A stretch of DNA of 63,736 bases, the filler included, from Craspedostauros australis (Eukaryota): assembly GCA_030167865.1 (NCBI GenBank). It is 20 parts of 20 records of this genome, joined end to end, with 100 filler letters (N's around TTAATTAATTAA, not from the genome) between each part and the next. Parts side by side here need not be neighbours in the genome. Positions count along the whole stretch, not along the records: positions 11,470 to 33,715 come from JALAGF010002139.1; 19 more parts are not named here. One strand, given 5' to 3'. The position numbers and the translations under genes were made by a program. The notes under the pieces were generated by a model. It was given only the letters and a program-made list of their open reading frames with translations. It searched no databases and was not told the DNA's origin. Below, piece by piece: positions 12,387-22,921 of the stretch. Each line of letters opens with the position of its first letter. The stretch's first letter is position 1.

Positions 12387-12992
12387 TTAACCGAAGATCT
12401 TGCTGAACGGGTTGCCTGGTCCGGAGGAAGATGACTTGAGCTCGGCAAGGGCGTCCTTGGCAACCTCGACGTGCGAGGCAGCATCGGCGAGCTCGTTGTA
12501 CACCTTCTGGCAAACGCCGCTCTTGTCGAGGACGTAGGTGACGCGGCCTGGGAAGAGTCCGAAGGCGGCCTTTGGCACACCGAAGGCCTTGCGGACCTCA
12601 TCGCCCTCGTCGGCGAGGATGGAGAAGCTGAGGCCGAGGTCGGCGGCGAACTTCTGCTTGGACTCGACGTCCTGTCCGCTGATGCCGACGAGGTCGGCGC
12701 CGTAGGTCTTGCGGATGGCCTGGACCTCCTCGTTGAAGCTCTTGGCCTGGACGGTGCAGCCTGGGGTGGCGTCGGCAGGGTAGAAGTACACGACGAGTGG
12801 CTTCTTGATGCTGGAGCGGGTGACGGTCTTTCCGTTCTGGTCGACGAGGGAGAAGTCTGGGGCGGTCTCGCCCTCGGCGAGGTTCAGCTGGGTCAACGAA
12901 CCGGCGCTGGTTGGAGCTGTGACGGAGGCTGGTGCGAAGGCATTGGCACCGGATGCGGCGAGGGCGACGACGAGGAGGGATCGGATGAACAT
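12387..12992 (-). CDS. PRXQ: Plastid-targeted peroxiredoxin Q (BCP family)
   Basis: [21 protein letters not shown] is a signal peptide plus ASAFAP-type motif. [27 protein letters not shown] (PxxxTxxC peroxidatic Cys), [10 protein letters not shown]. Confidence 0.92.
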   Translation of the reverse strand: MFIRSLLVVALAASGANAFAPASVTAPTSAGSLTQLNLAEGETAPDFSLVDQNGKTVTRSSIKKPLVVYFYPADATPGCTVQAKSFNEEVQAIRKTYGADLVGISGQDVESKQKFAADLGLSFSILADEGDEVRKAFGVPKAAFGLFPGRVTYVLDKSGVCQKVYNELADAASHVEVAKDALAELKSSSSGPGNPFSKIFG

Positions 12993-13750
12993 GGTGATAT
13001 TGATATTGATACTGATAGTGACGTTGTTGTTACTGATGCTGATGTTGTGGATCTTGGATCTTTTGTGAGGATGCAATCGAACGGATGATCCTTGCGGATG
13101 GGAAGGCTGAATGCCTCTCGCGTTACCATAGTGCCGCACATGCCAATACAGAGTCGAATAGTGGCGTACGTCACTTCACATCCCGAGAATAGTAGGTATG
13201 TACGAGCAAAGAGACACTCACAGAGCATTCCACGCATCCACAACCACCCATCAATCGCACACATCATCGTTCTCATTGCACCAGTCGCATCCCCAACCAC
13301 CGGCGCCACTACCGTCATCACCAACGCAGCCACCGCAACCAATACCGTCATCATCGTCGCCATCGTCATCGACACAACCATGCATGATTGCCGAATGGAT
13401 CGAACCCAACGCTCGCGTTTATCGTCATTCGATCATCAACATGATGTGTTCTGACTCATCATTGCTTCTACTCGTGAATCACAGTCGCGAGTAATGCAGT
13501 CTACAGCGACATATATAGACCACTACAGGGCAGATCGAGTTGTTGGAGAACACCAGCGGCATCGCCACGTGCTAAATATGAATGAGCACGTAAGTACAAT
13601 ACTCTCCTCTGCTCACTTGGTCGGGGTCAAACGTACTCTACTCGAATAGTATCGGCCCTGGCAACGTGTTGCAATCTATTATTATTATATTACTTCTCTA
13701 ACATTACTTGTAGTTGCGTTCCTGTAATATTCAGATATCCACTGTCACGA

Positions 13751-16700
13751 TCAATTTAACAAAACCTTGGTGAATGCAATGTCGGTAACCTCACAGACGG
13801 GACAGACGTCGCTACCGTGCGCCTGCAGCTCCTCCACGCATTCTCCGCAGAAGGCGTAGTGCATGCAGGGCATGGCGATGTGGGTCCGTTCCGCAGCGCC
13901 GCAAATGGTGCAGGGGGCGAGCATGATGGTGCTGCTCCCAAGCGATTGCTTCGACAATGCGGAAACGGAAGGGGTGTCCCTCGTGCTGGGGTACGATGCG
14001 AAGGATCCGTCCATCGACTTGGAACAGCTGCGATGGTGATGGCCTCCTCCTCGTTGGTGGCTGATCGAGTCGATCACGGACAGCTGTTCGCCCAGCGATT
14101 TCGTCTTGGATGGGACGCGACGCAACGAATGCGATGGCGGCGGGCCGGATGCCTCCTTTCGCCGGGCTTCGATCAAGGCCTGCTCTTTGAGGTGTCGGAT
14201 TCGTTCTGCCTCCCTCTTTTCCCACCGTGATCGCACTGTTCGTGCCTCCGTCTCCTTGCGACGTTCCTTCTCGAGATGCTGTTGCGCCAGGAAAGCGGTT
14301 CTGTTGTCGTTGTTCAACGAATCGCCGTTTGGGTGCTGGCACTCCAGGGCGGCTGCGTCCATCGGTGCGAGCGATAGCTCCGCAACCTCCGTCGGTTCTT
14401 CGATCTCACCCCGATCGTGCGTGACGGATATGAAGTCGGCGAGCTGCAACGAGATATTTTCATCGCCAGAAATGCTCCGTAGGACGTCCTCGTGTTCGCT
14501 CACTCCCATTTTGTCCATAGTGTTGGCCTTGCCTGGGGTACCTCGGCGGTCCTTCTTTCGACGTCCGAACAATCGCCAGCGCCTCTTCCCGGACTTCTTC
14601 TCCATCGTTCGCTTGGACTGCGGCGGCTTGGGCTGCGGCGGCTTGGACATTGATGCTCCAGTTCCGGTTCCGCTTCCAGGTGCAGATGAGGTTGGCGCGA
14701 ATGCACTGAGGGATGTTGCGGTTGTCACGGTGGGCGAAGTCTGTGACATGCGCTGCGCATGGGAGGGTGCCGACCTGCTTTTTTGGATGCCGCCGGCGAC
14801 CTTTATGCCATCGATGCTGTAGTTCTCGTCGTTCTCAGTACTCGGATTAGTATTGACGCTGCCGCCGCGACTGTGCACGCCGCGGCGTTTCTTCATCTCC
14901 TTCTTCTCTGCCTTTGCCTGCTGCTTGGCGAGCTTCTGCTGCTTCTGCATGATCTTCTCACGCTCCATGCTCCACAGCTGATACCCTGCCAACGGGTTGA
15001 CATCCCTCTCTTCGGCTGGCACGAGTTGACGAGGTGGAGAACCGACCTTGCCTTCCAATCTCTTCATGTGCCGGTCCAGCTCGGCCTTCGTCAGCAGGAC
15101 AGCTCCTGCTGATTCCTCGGATGATGTGGAGAGATCGTCATCGTTGCTACCTCCACCCCTCGTCGCACTTCGATGACCGTGACGGCGGCGTCGGGGTTCA
15201 CCACGGCGTTCTCGCATGCCATGATCATGATCGTCCGAAATCTCGCCACCGAGCGCAGCACCGTCTTTCACCATCTGTTTGCGTTCGGAGGAAGCAGGGT
15301 CGAGATCTTGGGATCGGTCGTGCGAGTTCACATGCGCCTGCGCCTGCTGCTGTTGGTAGAGACGTTGCAACTGAAGGGGGATCGAAGCGATATCAACGCG
15401 ATCATGATTCTTAGCATCATCGTCACGATCATGATATTCGTACTCATTCTGAAGCATTTGTTTTGAATTGGGTGCTACGCATCCCGTCAAATCCAACAGC
15501 TTGGTCGCATTTGATAGCATGGCTGCCGTGACCATGATCGCGTTGCTGTCCTCGTGTTGTTGAAACATGCGCTTGTGGATGGTTGACGACATATCCGACA
15601 GAGCATCGTCTTGCTGGACCACCAGCTTGCCGCCAGCGACCATGCCGGCAAGGCCACCGTTGCCAACTGGCCCACCATAAACCTCGAACTGTTTGGGACG
15701 TTGACGATACGCATCGCTCTGGTGCTGATCCATGCCACGACCATGGACCGGAGATGCGTTCATCAGATCAAAGCTGTAATCGGATGAGTCATTCGAAATC
15801 TCATGGGGCAGGCCGAACGAGATATAACCTTCTGACACCTCCGTGAATGAGGTCGTTGAGTCCTGATCCATCAATGCCTCGCCGTTGGTGATATCACGAA
15901 CATCCGATCCTCTGCCGCCGTCTCCTCCTCCTCGCCCCAGCTGCTGATGAGCCGGCGAAGATGGGCTGGGTGCGCTGGATGCAATGATGCGTGGTTGGGA
16001 CGACAGCGGTGATAGTGCTGGACTCGTGCTGTGGTGGTTCACAAGCTGGGAGGAGTGGATTTCATCGGATGGTGGGACTCCCTGATTGATGGAACGGCTG
16101 TGATCCGAGTTCGTCATGAAGTACTTCGACTGTGGCATGGACCACGGATGATGACGCTTGGCACTGCCCGGTTGCAGATTTGATTTGCTCAATGTGGCAT
16201 TCATGGCATCACCGCCGTTTCTGTGGTATCTGGATCGGCCGGGTGGCGTTTTCTTTGCTACTCTACCGACCGCAGACGATGAATTGTCTTTTGCCACCAT
16301 GACCACATTCGATTGAGCACGACCGCGCTGCTCCTGTTGCAACTGCCGCTGCTGTCCATTTTCGCCAGAAGACGACTGTCTGACTTCCATTGCCTGCTCG
16401 TCAAGGTGCGGCATCGGTGCAGCCTCCGGTGGAGGCGGCGGCGGCAAGAGGGTAGGAGTGACTTCGGTGAGATGGTCGGACCATTCCTCGACGGATGCGA
16501 CCGAAAATTCTTCATCGCGAGATGGCATGCCCCGTTGCTTGGACTTCTCAAGAGGATCAGTGAATGTGCCAAGCAACGATTTGGGCTGCATCGCGCCAAT
16601 GTACACCTTGGCCGGCTGAGTTTGCTGCTGCTGCTGCTGCACGACTTTCCCTTCTGCCGGAGAGGCAAGGCATTGATCAACGTCGTACGATTGCGGGGAG

Positions 16701-19345
16701 AATTGAAAGACGGATGAATTGTCCAGCGTTGAAGCACCTTCCGATTCATCGCGGACAAGGATGGGCTTCGACAAGAGCAATGCTGGGCCGTTGCCACCGT
16801 TCGCATTGACCTTTTGGCCGGGGGTGTTCTGAGACAGCATGTCCCACATGATAGTCGAGGATGCGGGTGATGAATGCAGCAAGGAATCGTCGCACGATTT
16901 TGGCGATGCCGATGGCTGCGATAGCACATCATCCAGATCAATGTCGAGATCAACCGGGCCAGTGTTGTACGCTCTTTTGTGTGCCACCGGCTTGACAGGC
17001 GAGCTGGTTGCGACAGCATTCACCTGCACGGTAGGATCGTTGATTGCCGTTGTTGCACAATACAAGCTGGCCGCTTCAGCTTGAGACTTCAAAGTACCCC
17101 TGGGATCAGCAGCGTGATCGAAGGTGCGCCTTGATTGTTCTGCAGTAGGTGTGAGGAGGGCCCCAATGGATTCGCCCCTTGTGTGCTGGCTGTTTTGAGG
17201 TGAGAATTGCCACAGCGTCGAGGAATCGTGCGAATGCTGTGATGGCTCCGAACGTTGCTTCTTCGCGCCAGCATGTGGATCGTCGTACGAGTACGAGAAC
17301 GGCGATGCTGGGGATTTCTTGCTATCAGGCGTCACAACCGAAGGCGCCATCACGTCGGTTGTTGGATGTGGATGTACTGCGTCGCTGTGCGCTTCATCGC
17401 GTGCTTGCGCATCAGTTCTCAGATTGGGAGAATCCGTTGGTCTCTTCAGGTCAGCAACGGTGCTGCTCTTGCGCGAAGTCGAAGGCGCGCGTTGCTTTGC
17501 AAATTGGGGAGGAAGACCATGCTTCTGTCCTTGAGATCGATGTTGCTGCTTCTGGTGATGAATCTTGAGTGGATTGAGCGGTGCGCGCGACTGACGATGT
17601 CTTTCAACCTTGTTCTGTTTGCCAGTTGCCATTTCGGAGTAGCGCGCGATGGATGATAGTGTGGATCCCATCTTCAAGGTGGCCTCGCTGCTTGGCTTGC
17701 CTGATTGCAGGCTGTTGTCGCTGGAATGGGCTGACCATTCGTCATCCGGTGCATCTCTGTCCATTCTGGGCTTGTGGTCTGAGTTGGCGGACGGGCCAGG
17801 ACTCGCTGTCTCTGTGTTCACAGCAAGACCAAGCCGATCTTGCGCAGACAGGAGCTGCGATGAATGCAGCGCGCCATCATCGGGGATGGTGAGGTCCAAG
17901 TCGACGGGGCCCGTGTAGTGATCGTCGTCGTTGACTCGTTGGGCTGCACGGGGGTTGGATCCAAGCGCATCATGACGGTGGCTGCCATTGATCGTAGTCC
18001 TGCCTCCTCTATCTTCACGGTGGCCCAACTGCTTCCTCCGAATAGATTGCCAGTAGGCCAAGTCGAATCTCTGCTGCGATTTGGGCGATGGCAGAGATCG
18101 AGGCGATGCGTCCATGCTCGATGCGCGCCCGATGGTCGTTGCCATTTCCAGTTGGGATGTAGGCGTAGACGCGGACGATGTCTCGGTGCCCATGCTGGAC
18201 GTGGTCGTGACAGCGGTGACGTTCGATGGCGTCTTGTTGACGACTTGCGACGTGTGCTTCCACATGGGGCTGGCCGACGGTCGATCGTCTTCAAAGCTCA
18301 TCGACGAAGAGTTGGAGATGGTGGCTTTGGGAATTCTGTTGGCTGTCCCTTTGGTGTTGTTGATGGGAGTACCACGCATGAAACTCTGTTGGGTTTCCGC
18401 AGCAGAAGGCTTGCTGTCAACTGAAGTTGGTGTCAGTTGCAGATCTGGAACTGAGAGGTCCTGGTTGCCGTCACGGGCCTCGATCGATTTGTGGACGGTG
18501 GCAATGTCAGATGCTGGCGCTGGTGCGATGGAAGTCATGTGCTTGGTTGCACTTTGATCCACTGTATCCGTAGCGACCTTATTTGTGGCAGGTGAAGCTG
18601 ATTGCTGGTTTGGTGCGAAGAATGCAGAGGACGAAGACGATGGCAGTGCTCCCGCTGGCGACTTCGAGTCGTTGCCATAACGCGTTGGCTTTGGCTCTGG
18701 CGATGGATGCATGCCCAGTGATTTTCGCGCCAGCAGCACTTGGACGACCTCCGTGTCGTAGGCGCCGTTGGTCCCGATAGTGCAGTCATCCATCACTGCC
18801 CCACCGACGTTGGAAATGGTGTGACGGTTGTAGTGCACGGTGGATTTGGACATGCTTGTGTAGAGGGACATATCCAGGCTGCTGTTGTCGCCGTCGTCGT
18901 TACTGTCATCATGGTAGAACTCGTTGCGACCGTTTGACGAGCCATCTGAGGAAGGAGCCGCATCACGCCCGCTCAGGATCTTCAGGCCGTGGGATTTGTT
19001 GTTGGCGGAGGCGGTTTGCTGCTTGTTCCCTGCGGAACCACTGAACCATTGGCGCAGCGATGGGGTATTGGCCTTTGTCTTCGCCGTTGCACCTGCCTTG
19101 GCCTTGGCTTTGGCTTTGGCCTTGGTAGAGTTCTTCTTTTCATGTGGCTTGGAACCGGTGCTGCCATTGCCGTTGCCATTGCCGTTGGTGCGAGAGGACG
19201 CCGCAGCGGAAGGTGCAGTCCCGGATTTGGAACGTTCCGTGGTCGATGAAGCATTCTTTGCTTTTGCTTTTCCCTTGGTATTGATGTCGCTGTTGGCGAT
19301 TGTGCCAGCACTGGCTTGCTTGTTGCCCTTCTTGAAAAGGAACAT
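13751..19345 (-). CDS. Very large intrinsically disordered protein (~1864 aa) with C-terminal C3HC4 RING finger (probable E3 ligase)
   Basis: Uninterrupted 5.6-kb ORF from ATG 19345 (MFLFKKG), rich in S/P/Q/D, ending CTICGAAERTHIAMPCMHYAFCGEC...CPVC. Confidence 0.85.
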   Translation of the reverse strand: MFLFKKGNKQASAGTIANSDINTKGKAKAKNASSTTERSKSGTAPSAAASSRTNGNGNGNGSTGSKPHEKKNSTKAKAKAKAKAGATAKTKANTPSLRQWFSGSAGNKQQTASANNKSHGLKILSGRDAAPSSDGSSNGRNEFYHDDSNDDGDNSSLDMSLYTSMSKSTVHYNRHTISNVGGAVMDDCTIGTNGAYDTEVVQVLLARKSLGMHPSPEPKPTRYGNDSKSPAGALPSSSSSAFFAPNQQSASPATNKVATDTVDQSATKHMTSIAPAPASDIATVHKSIEARDGNQDLSVPDLQLTPTSVDSKPSAAETQQSFMRGTPINNTKGTANRIPKATISNSSSMSFEDDRPSASPMWKHTSQVVNKTPSNVTAVTTTSSMGTETSSASTPTSQLEMATTIGRASSMDASPRSLPSPKSQQRFDLAYWQSIRRKQLGHREDRGGRTTINGSHRHDALGSNPRAAQRVNDDDHYTGPVDLDLTIPDDGALHSSQLLSAQDRLGLAVNTETASPGPSANSDHKPRMDRDAPDDEWSAHSSDNSLQSGKPSSEATLKMGSTLSSIARYSEMATGKQNKVERHRQSRAPLNPLKIHHQKQQHRSQGQKHGLPPQFAKQRAPSTSRKSSTVADLKRPTDSPNLRTDAQARDEAHSDAVHPHPTTDVMAPSVVTPDSKKSPASPFSYSYDDPHAGAKKQRSEPSQHSHDSSTLWQFSPQNSQHTRGESIGALLTPTAEQSRRTFDHAADPRGTLKSQAEAASLYCATTAINDPTVQVNAVATSSPVKPVAHKRAYNTGPVDLDIDLDDVLSQPSASPKSCDDSLLHSSPASSTIMWDMLSQNTPGQKVNANGGNGPALLLSKPILVRDESEGASTLDNSSVFQFSPQSYDVDQCLASPAEGKVVQQQQQQTQPAKVYIGAMQPKSLLGTFTDPLEKSKQRGMPSRDEEFSVASVEEWSDHLTEVTPTLLPPPPPPEAAPMPHLDEQAMEVRQSSSGENGQQRQLQQEQRGRAQSNVVMVAKDNSSSAVGRVAKKTPPGRSRYHRNGGDAMNATLSKSNLQPGSAKRHHPWSMPQSKYFMTNSDHSRSINQGVPPSDEIHSSQLVNHHSTSPALSPLSSQPRIIASSAPSPSSPAHQQLGRGGGDGGRGSDVRDITNGEALMDQDSTTSFTEVSEGYISFGLPHEISNDSSDYSFDLMNASPVHGRGMDQHQSDAYRQRPKQFEVYGGPVGNGGLAGMVAGGKLVVQQDDALSDMSSTIHKRMFQQHEDSNAIMVTAAMLSNATKLLDLTGCVAPNSKQMLQNEYEYHDRDDDAKNHDRVDIASIPLQLQRLYQQQQAQAHVNSHDRSQDLDPASSERKQMVKDGAALGGEISDDHDHGMRERRGEPRRRRHGHRSATRGGGSNDDDLSTSSEESAGAVLLTKAELDRHMKRLEGKVGSPPRQLVPAEERDVNPLAGYQLWSMEREKIMQKQQKLAKQQAKAEKKEMKKRRGVHSRGGSVNTNPSTENDENYSIDGIKVAGGIQKSRSAPSHAQRMSQTSPTVTTATSLSAFAPTSSAPGSGTGTGASMSKPPQPKPPQSKRTMEKKSGKRRWRLFGRRKKDRRGTPGKANTMDKMGVSEHEDVLRSISGDENISLQLADFISVTHDRGEIEEPTEVAELSLAPMDAAALECQHPNGDSLNNDNRTAFLAQQHLEKERRKETEARTVRSRWEKREAERIRHLKEQALIEARRKEASGPPPSHSLRRVPSKTKSLGEQLSVIDSISHQRGGGHHHRSCSKSMDGSFASYPSTRDTPSVSALSKQSLGSSTIMLAPCTICGAAERTHIAMPCMHYAFCGECVEELQAHGSDVCPVCEVTDIAFTKVLLN

Positions 19346-21506
19346 GATTTCGGATATAGTCGGAGCAAGTTCGAATGGGCTGTTGTCGCACACCTCCAGC
19401 CGGATCAGGTCAGCACGCGACGGTCGAGATTGAATGATCCGTTGCTCCGATAGTAATCCTATGTGCTCTATCTGGATTGGCAATCACCAAATGGAGCGAT
19501 GCTTGAGGAATGCGAATAGAGGCTGGAGGTGCTGGGTGCTTCTAATGAAAGCTGCGGCGTGGTTTGTGACCAGTGTAGTGTCTTGGGGATGATTGGATGC
19601 CGTTTGTGCGAGTATGGGTATGGGTAGAGTTATGGGTAGAGTATGGATATGGTGTGGCAGAGTGGATCAGCGCCGCGGAGTGTGCACGTTGCGATTGGGT
19701 TGGATCAGGTGTGACTTGAATGCGGATGAGAGACTCCGAATGAGTTGACTGAGGACAGAGCGTCAGCAATTCGGAACAGACCACCGTGTGCGCTGATGTT
19801 GCAGGTGAACTCGGAGGCCGATAGTGTGGTTGCGGGATTGCTTGGTTTTATGTGAATCCGAGTGCTGCCCAGAGTTCAGTATTTGTATGTTGTGGTCTGT
19901 TGTGGTCTGCTGTGGGACTGCGGATCACCGATTCAGATGCTGCCTTCTATTCTGATGATGTTGGTGGTTGGTCGTTGCTCTGACTGTCGCTCTGACTGTT
20001 GCTCTGACTGTGATCTCGATCGTCGAGAGGCTGCCTGTGTACTAATTAATCTATTATATAATATCACAGTACCATGCGCAGAGTAGAGTGAGTATTTGAA
20101 TTTGATGATGGTCCGAGTGCCTCCAAGGTGCAACTCTGGGTGAGATGGAGAAACAGCAGGAGGAGAGAGGCAATACTTGTATTCTATGGAGTGCGGTATC
20201 TGTCCTGCTCAATGACTGGCTTGAGTTCTTTGCGTTGCCGTCTTTCGGTCTTGGTGCTTTGTGGACTGATGCGTTGCGGTGCTCCTTCGATGGGAGATGC
20301 GTTCGCCAAATTCAGTTCTGTGTCGATGTCAGTGATCGAAGAGGATGGTGGTGTTCAGTTGGTCGTGCTCCACTGCTATTGTGCATGAATGATATGTTCA
20401 TACGAGTGCGAGCAGAGTCGGCGGTCGGGTCGGCAAGCGAAATGAAGTCAATTCAAGTCAGGCCAAGCCAAGTTGGGAAGCCGCCAAAGTGTGATGCGTG
20501 TCTGTTGTCACAAAGTCTCGTCCTCCTCTGCGAGAACTTGAATGTTCATCCGTTGTGCCTTTGTGGCGAAGAATGATATTATATTGTACGATACCAGTAG
20601 ATCGCGCTGTACGAGAAATGTATCCGTTGCTGAATTGAATGTGGAACGCTTCACATCGAGGTTGCGAGCGGAGCAGCGTTTGTATTCGCATCAACAGGAT
20701 GAGCATTTACATGAATTGACGTTGGGATCTGCACGAACGCCAACACGATCATCAACACGATCATCAACGTGGGCATGGTGTCGGAAGGGGGACATTGCCA
20801 AGAATCACCCAACACTCACGATCGCTCATGCCTTCCTTGTTGACAAGAGCCGGCAACGCAGCAAGAAGAAACACGGGATAATCGGAGGGAATGGTTCTCC
20901 TCTTGCGGAGGCGTTGTGCTTGTTGTCGATGTCGTGTCCAAGACTCCGACACTGATACTGATACTGATACTATTCTTGTTGTTGTTCCTGTTCCTGTTGC
21001 TGTTGGTTGTGGTGGTGTTGTCCCTATACTTCCAACCGCCAATCTTGCATCATCTCTGCGTGTCTTTGCGCAGGTGCGCGATGCACCAACCCACTTCATC
21101 CCAACCAACGGATGCTTCTCCATCGCGGAAAACCTGGCGCGTTTGTTGTTCGTGTGTCCACACGCCGTTCGCGAACGCACGATTCAAGCAGGACAGTTAA
21201 GCCGAGATCTCACACATGATGTGGCTCGACTGCTTGCCCGCCTCGCGTGAATCAAGACAGTATGCACGACCATGCTGGCGATGTCCGGCCGTTGAGAAAT
21301 TCAATCAATCCAAACGTGCCAAATTTACACTCCGATTGATTCCGGCGATCAATTCGGGACCGACATGAAGCCCGACTCGTTCCATCTTACTCGTGTGGAT
21401 CAAATTGGTTATGGGCTGACGACTCACCACCAACAAAAACGACACAACAAAATGGCGCCAAAAATACACACCAAACAAGGGCACACAAAGGCAACGAAGT
21501 GACCGT

Positions 21507-21553
21507 ATCCATCCATCCATCCATCCATCCATCGATCCATCGATCCATCCATC
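21507..21553. repeat. (CCAT)n microsatellite upstream of UTP23
   Basis: atccatccatccatccatccatccatcgatccatcgatccatccatc. Confidence 0.85.
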
Positions 21554-21708
21554 ACTGCTACGAGTACCATGCAACAGATCCTGACGTGCGGAACCAACAA
21601 CAATAACGCAATAAGCACTTCCCCTTGCATACACTGACGGTATTATAGTGTATTATAGTAGTGTTGTATAATACCAAACAAGCACTATAGCCGTTCGTGA
21701 GCAACGCG

Positions 21709-22869
21709 ATGAGATCGGGAAGAGCCAAGAAGGCGCGCAAGACGCTGCAGCACTTTGCGAGGACCATCGGCCTCAAGCCTCCCTACGCTGTGCTGCTGGA
21801 TGGAGACTTCGTTGTGGAGATGGCGCAGTCCAAGCTAGACATTCGCGAGAGGGTTGGCAAGCTCCTCAGCGTGGAGCGTCACATGTCCACGCGCACGGGC
21901 ATGCTGGGAGCATCCGCGCCGAAGCCATTCTCGCCGCAGGGCAGGGACATGAGATCGTCAACGAGGGATGGCAACGGAGCGCATGCTGGTTCTGCCAACA
22001 ACAGCAGCTACAACGAACAGGCTTCCTTCGTGACGGTCAAGTACCACATCCTGGAATCCACCAAGGCCGAACTCAGCGAGCTGCTCAAGCGGTTGCACAA
22101 GCGCAAGCACGACAAGGCATTCGCTGTCGAAGAAGCGCTGAAGTGGATTGAGAGGGAGTGTGTCGTGGAGCATCTGCCGAAGCAGCAGGAGACGCAACAG
22201 GAAGCCGATGAACAGGATGACAACGATGACAAGGATAAAGAGCATACCGCAGATGGCCATGCGAATGATCATGATGCAAAGGCGGAGACGGCAACGCCAC
22301 GAAAGCGTCGTCGGTCGAAGCAACAGCATGAGTCTCCGCAGGCGCCCATTCACCGACATATCGTGCATTCCGCGGCCACGGCCTCATCGCCCGATCGTCA
22401 GCACAGCTACCCCTACTTCGTCGCATCGCAGGACGAGAAATTGCTGAGGAATCTGCGCAGGCTGGGCACGGTGCCCATCTTGAGGTTGGCGCAGAAGTCC
22501 GTCCTGCTGCTGGAGAATCCGTCGAAGGCGAGCCAGTATCATTCGCAGCGCGAGGAGGTGGACAAGTGGACGAAGGGCTCGTTGCAGAATGCGGAGCACC
22601 AGCTCATCCAGGCAGCGACGAAGGTCAAGACGATCGCATCGGCGAAGGGATCCGCGAAGGGCTTCAACGTCAACGGTGCGACCGGATCCATGAAGATCTC
22701 CTTCAACGCCACGCGCCCCGGCCATCGGGAGCGCAAGAAACAAAAGGCGAAGGCACCCAACCCACTCAGCTGCAAGAAGTCCAAGAAGGGTGGCAACAAC
22801 AACAGCAACAGCAGCGACGAACCCAAGAAGAAGCGAAGGAGACGGAAGAAGTCGTCGACGTCTGAGTAG
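21709..22869 (+). CDS. UTP23: rRNA-processing protein UTP23 (Fcf1/PIN family)
   Basis: MRSGRAKKARKTLQHF...KPPYAVLLDGDF, YFVASQDEKLLRNLRRLGTVP, LLENPS, KAKAPNPLSCKK and a basic C-terminal tail. Confidence 0.88.
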   Translation: MRSGRAKKARKTLQHFARTIGLKPPYAVLLDGDFVVEMAQSKLDIRERVGKLLSVERHMSTRTGMLGASAPKPFSPQGRDMRSSTRDGNGAHAGSANNSSYNEQASFVTVKYHILESTKAELSELLKRLHKRKHDKAFAVEEALKWIERECVVEHLPKQQETQQEADEQDDNDDKDKEHTADGHANDHDAKAETATPRKRRRSKQQHESPQAPIHRHIVHSAATASSPDRQHSYPYFVASQDEKLLRNLRRLGTVPILRLAQKSVLLLENPSKASQYHSQREEVDKWTKGSLQNAEHQLIQAATKVKTIASAKGSAKGFNVNGATGSMKISFNATRPGHRERKKQKAKAPNPLSCKKSKKGGNNNSNSSDEPKKKRRRRKKSSTSE

Positions 22870-22921
22870 AGCTTGTGTAGAGTTCGAGTAGAATTTGAGT
22901 AGAGTTCGAGTAGAGTTGGAG
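22867..22921. repeat. Degenerate 11-bp tandem repeat (TAGAGTTCGAG) x5 starting at the UTP23 stop codon
   Basis: tagagcttgtg tagagttcgag tagaatttgag tagagttcgag tagagttggag. Confidence 0.7.
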
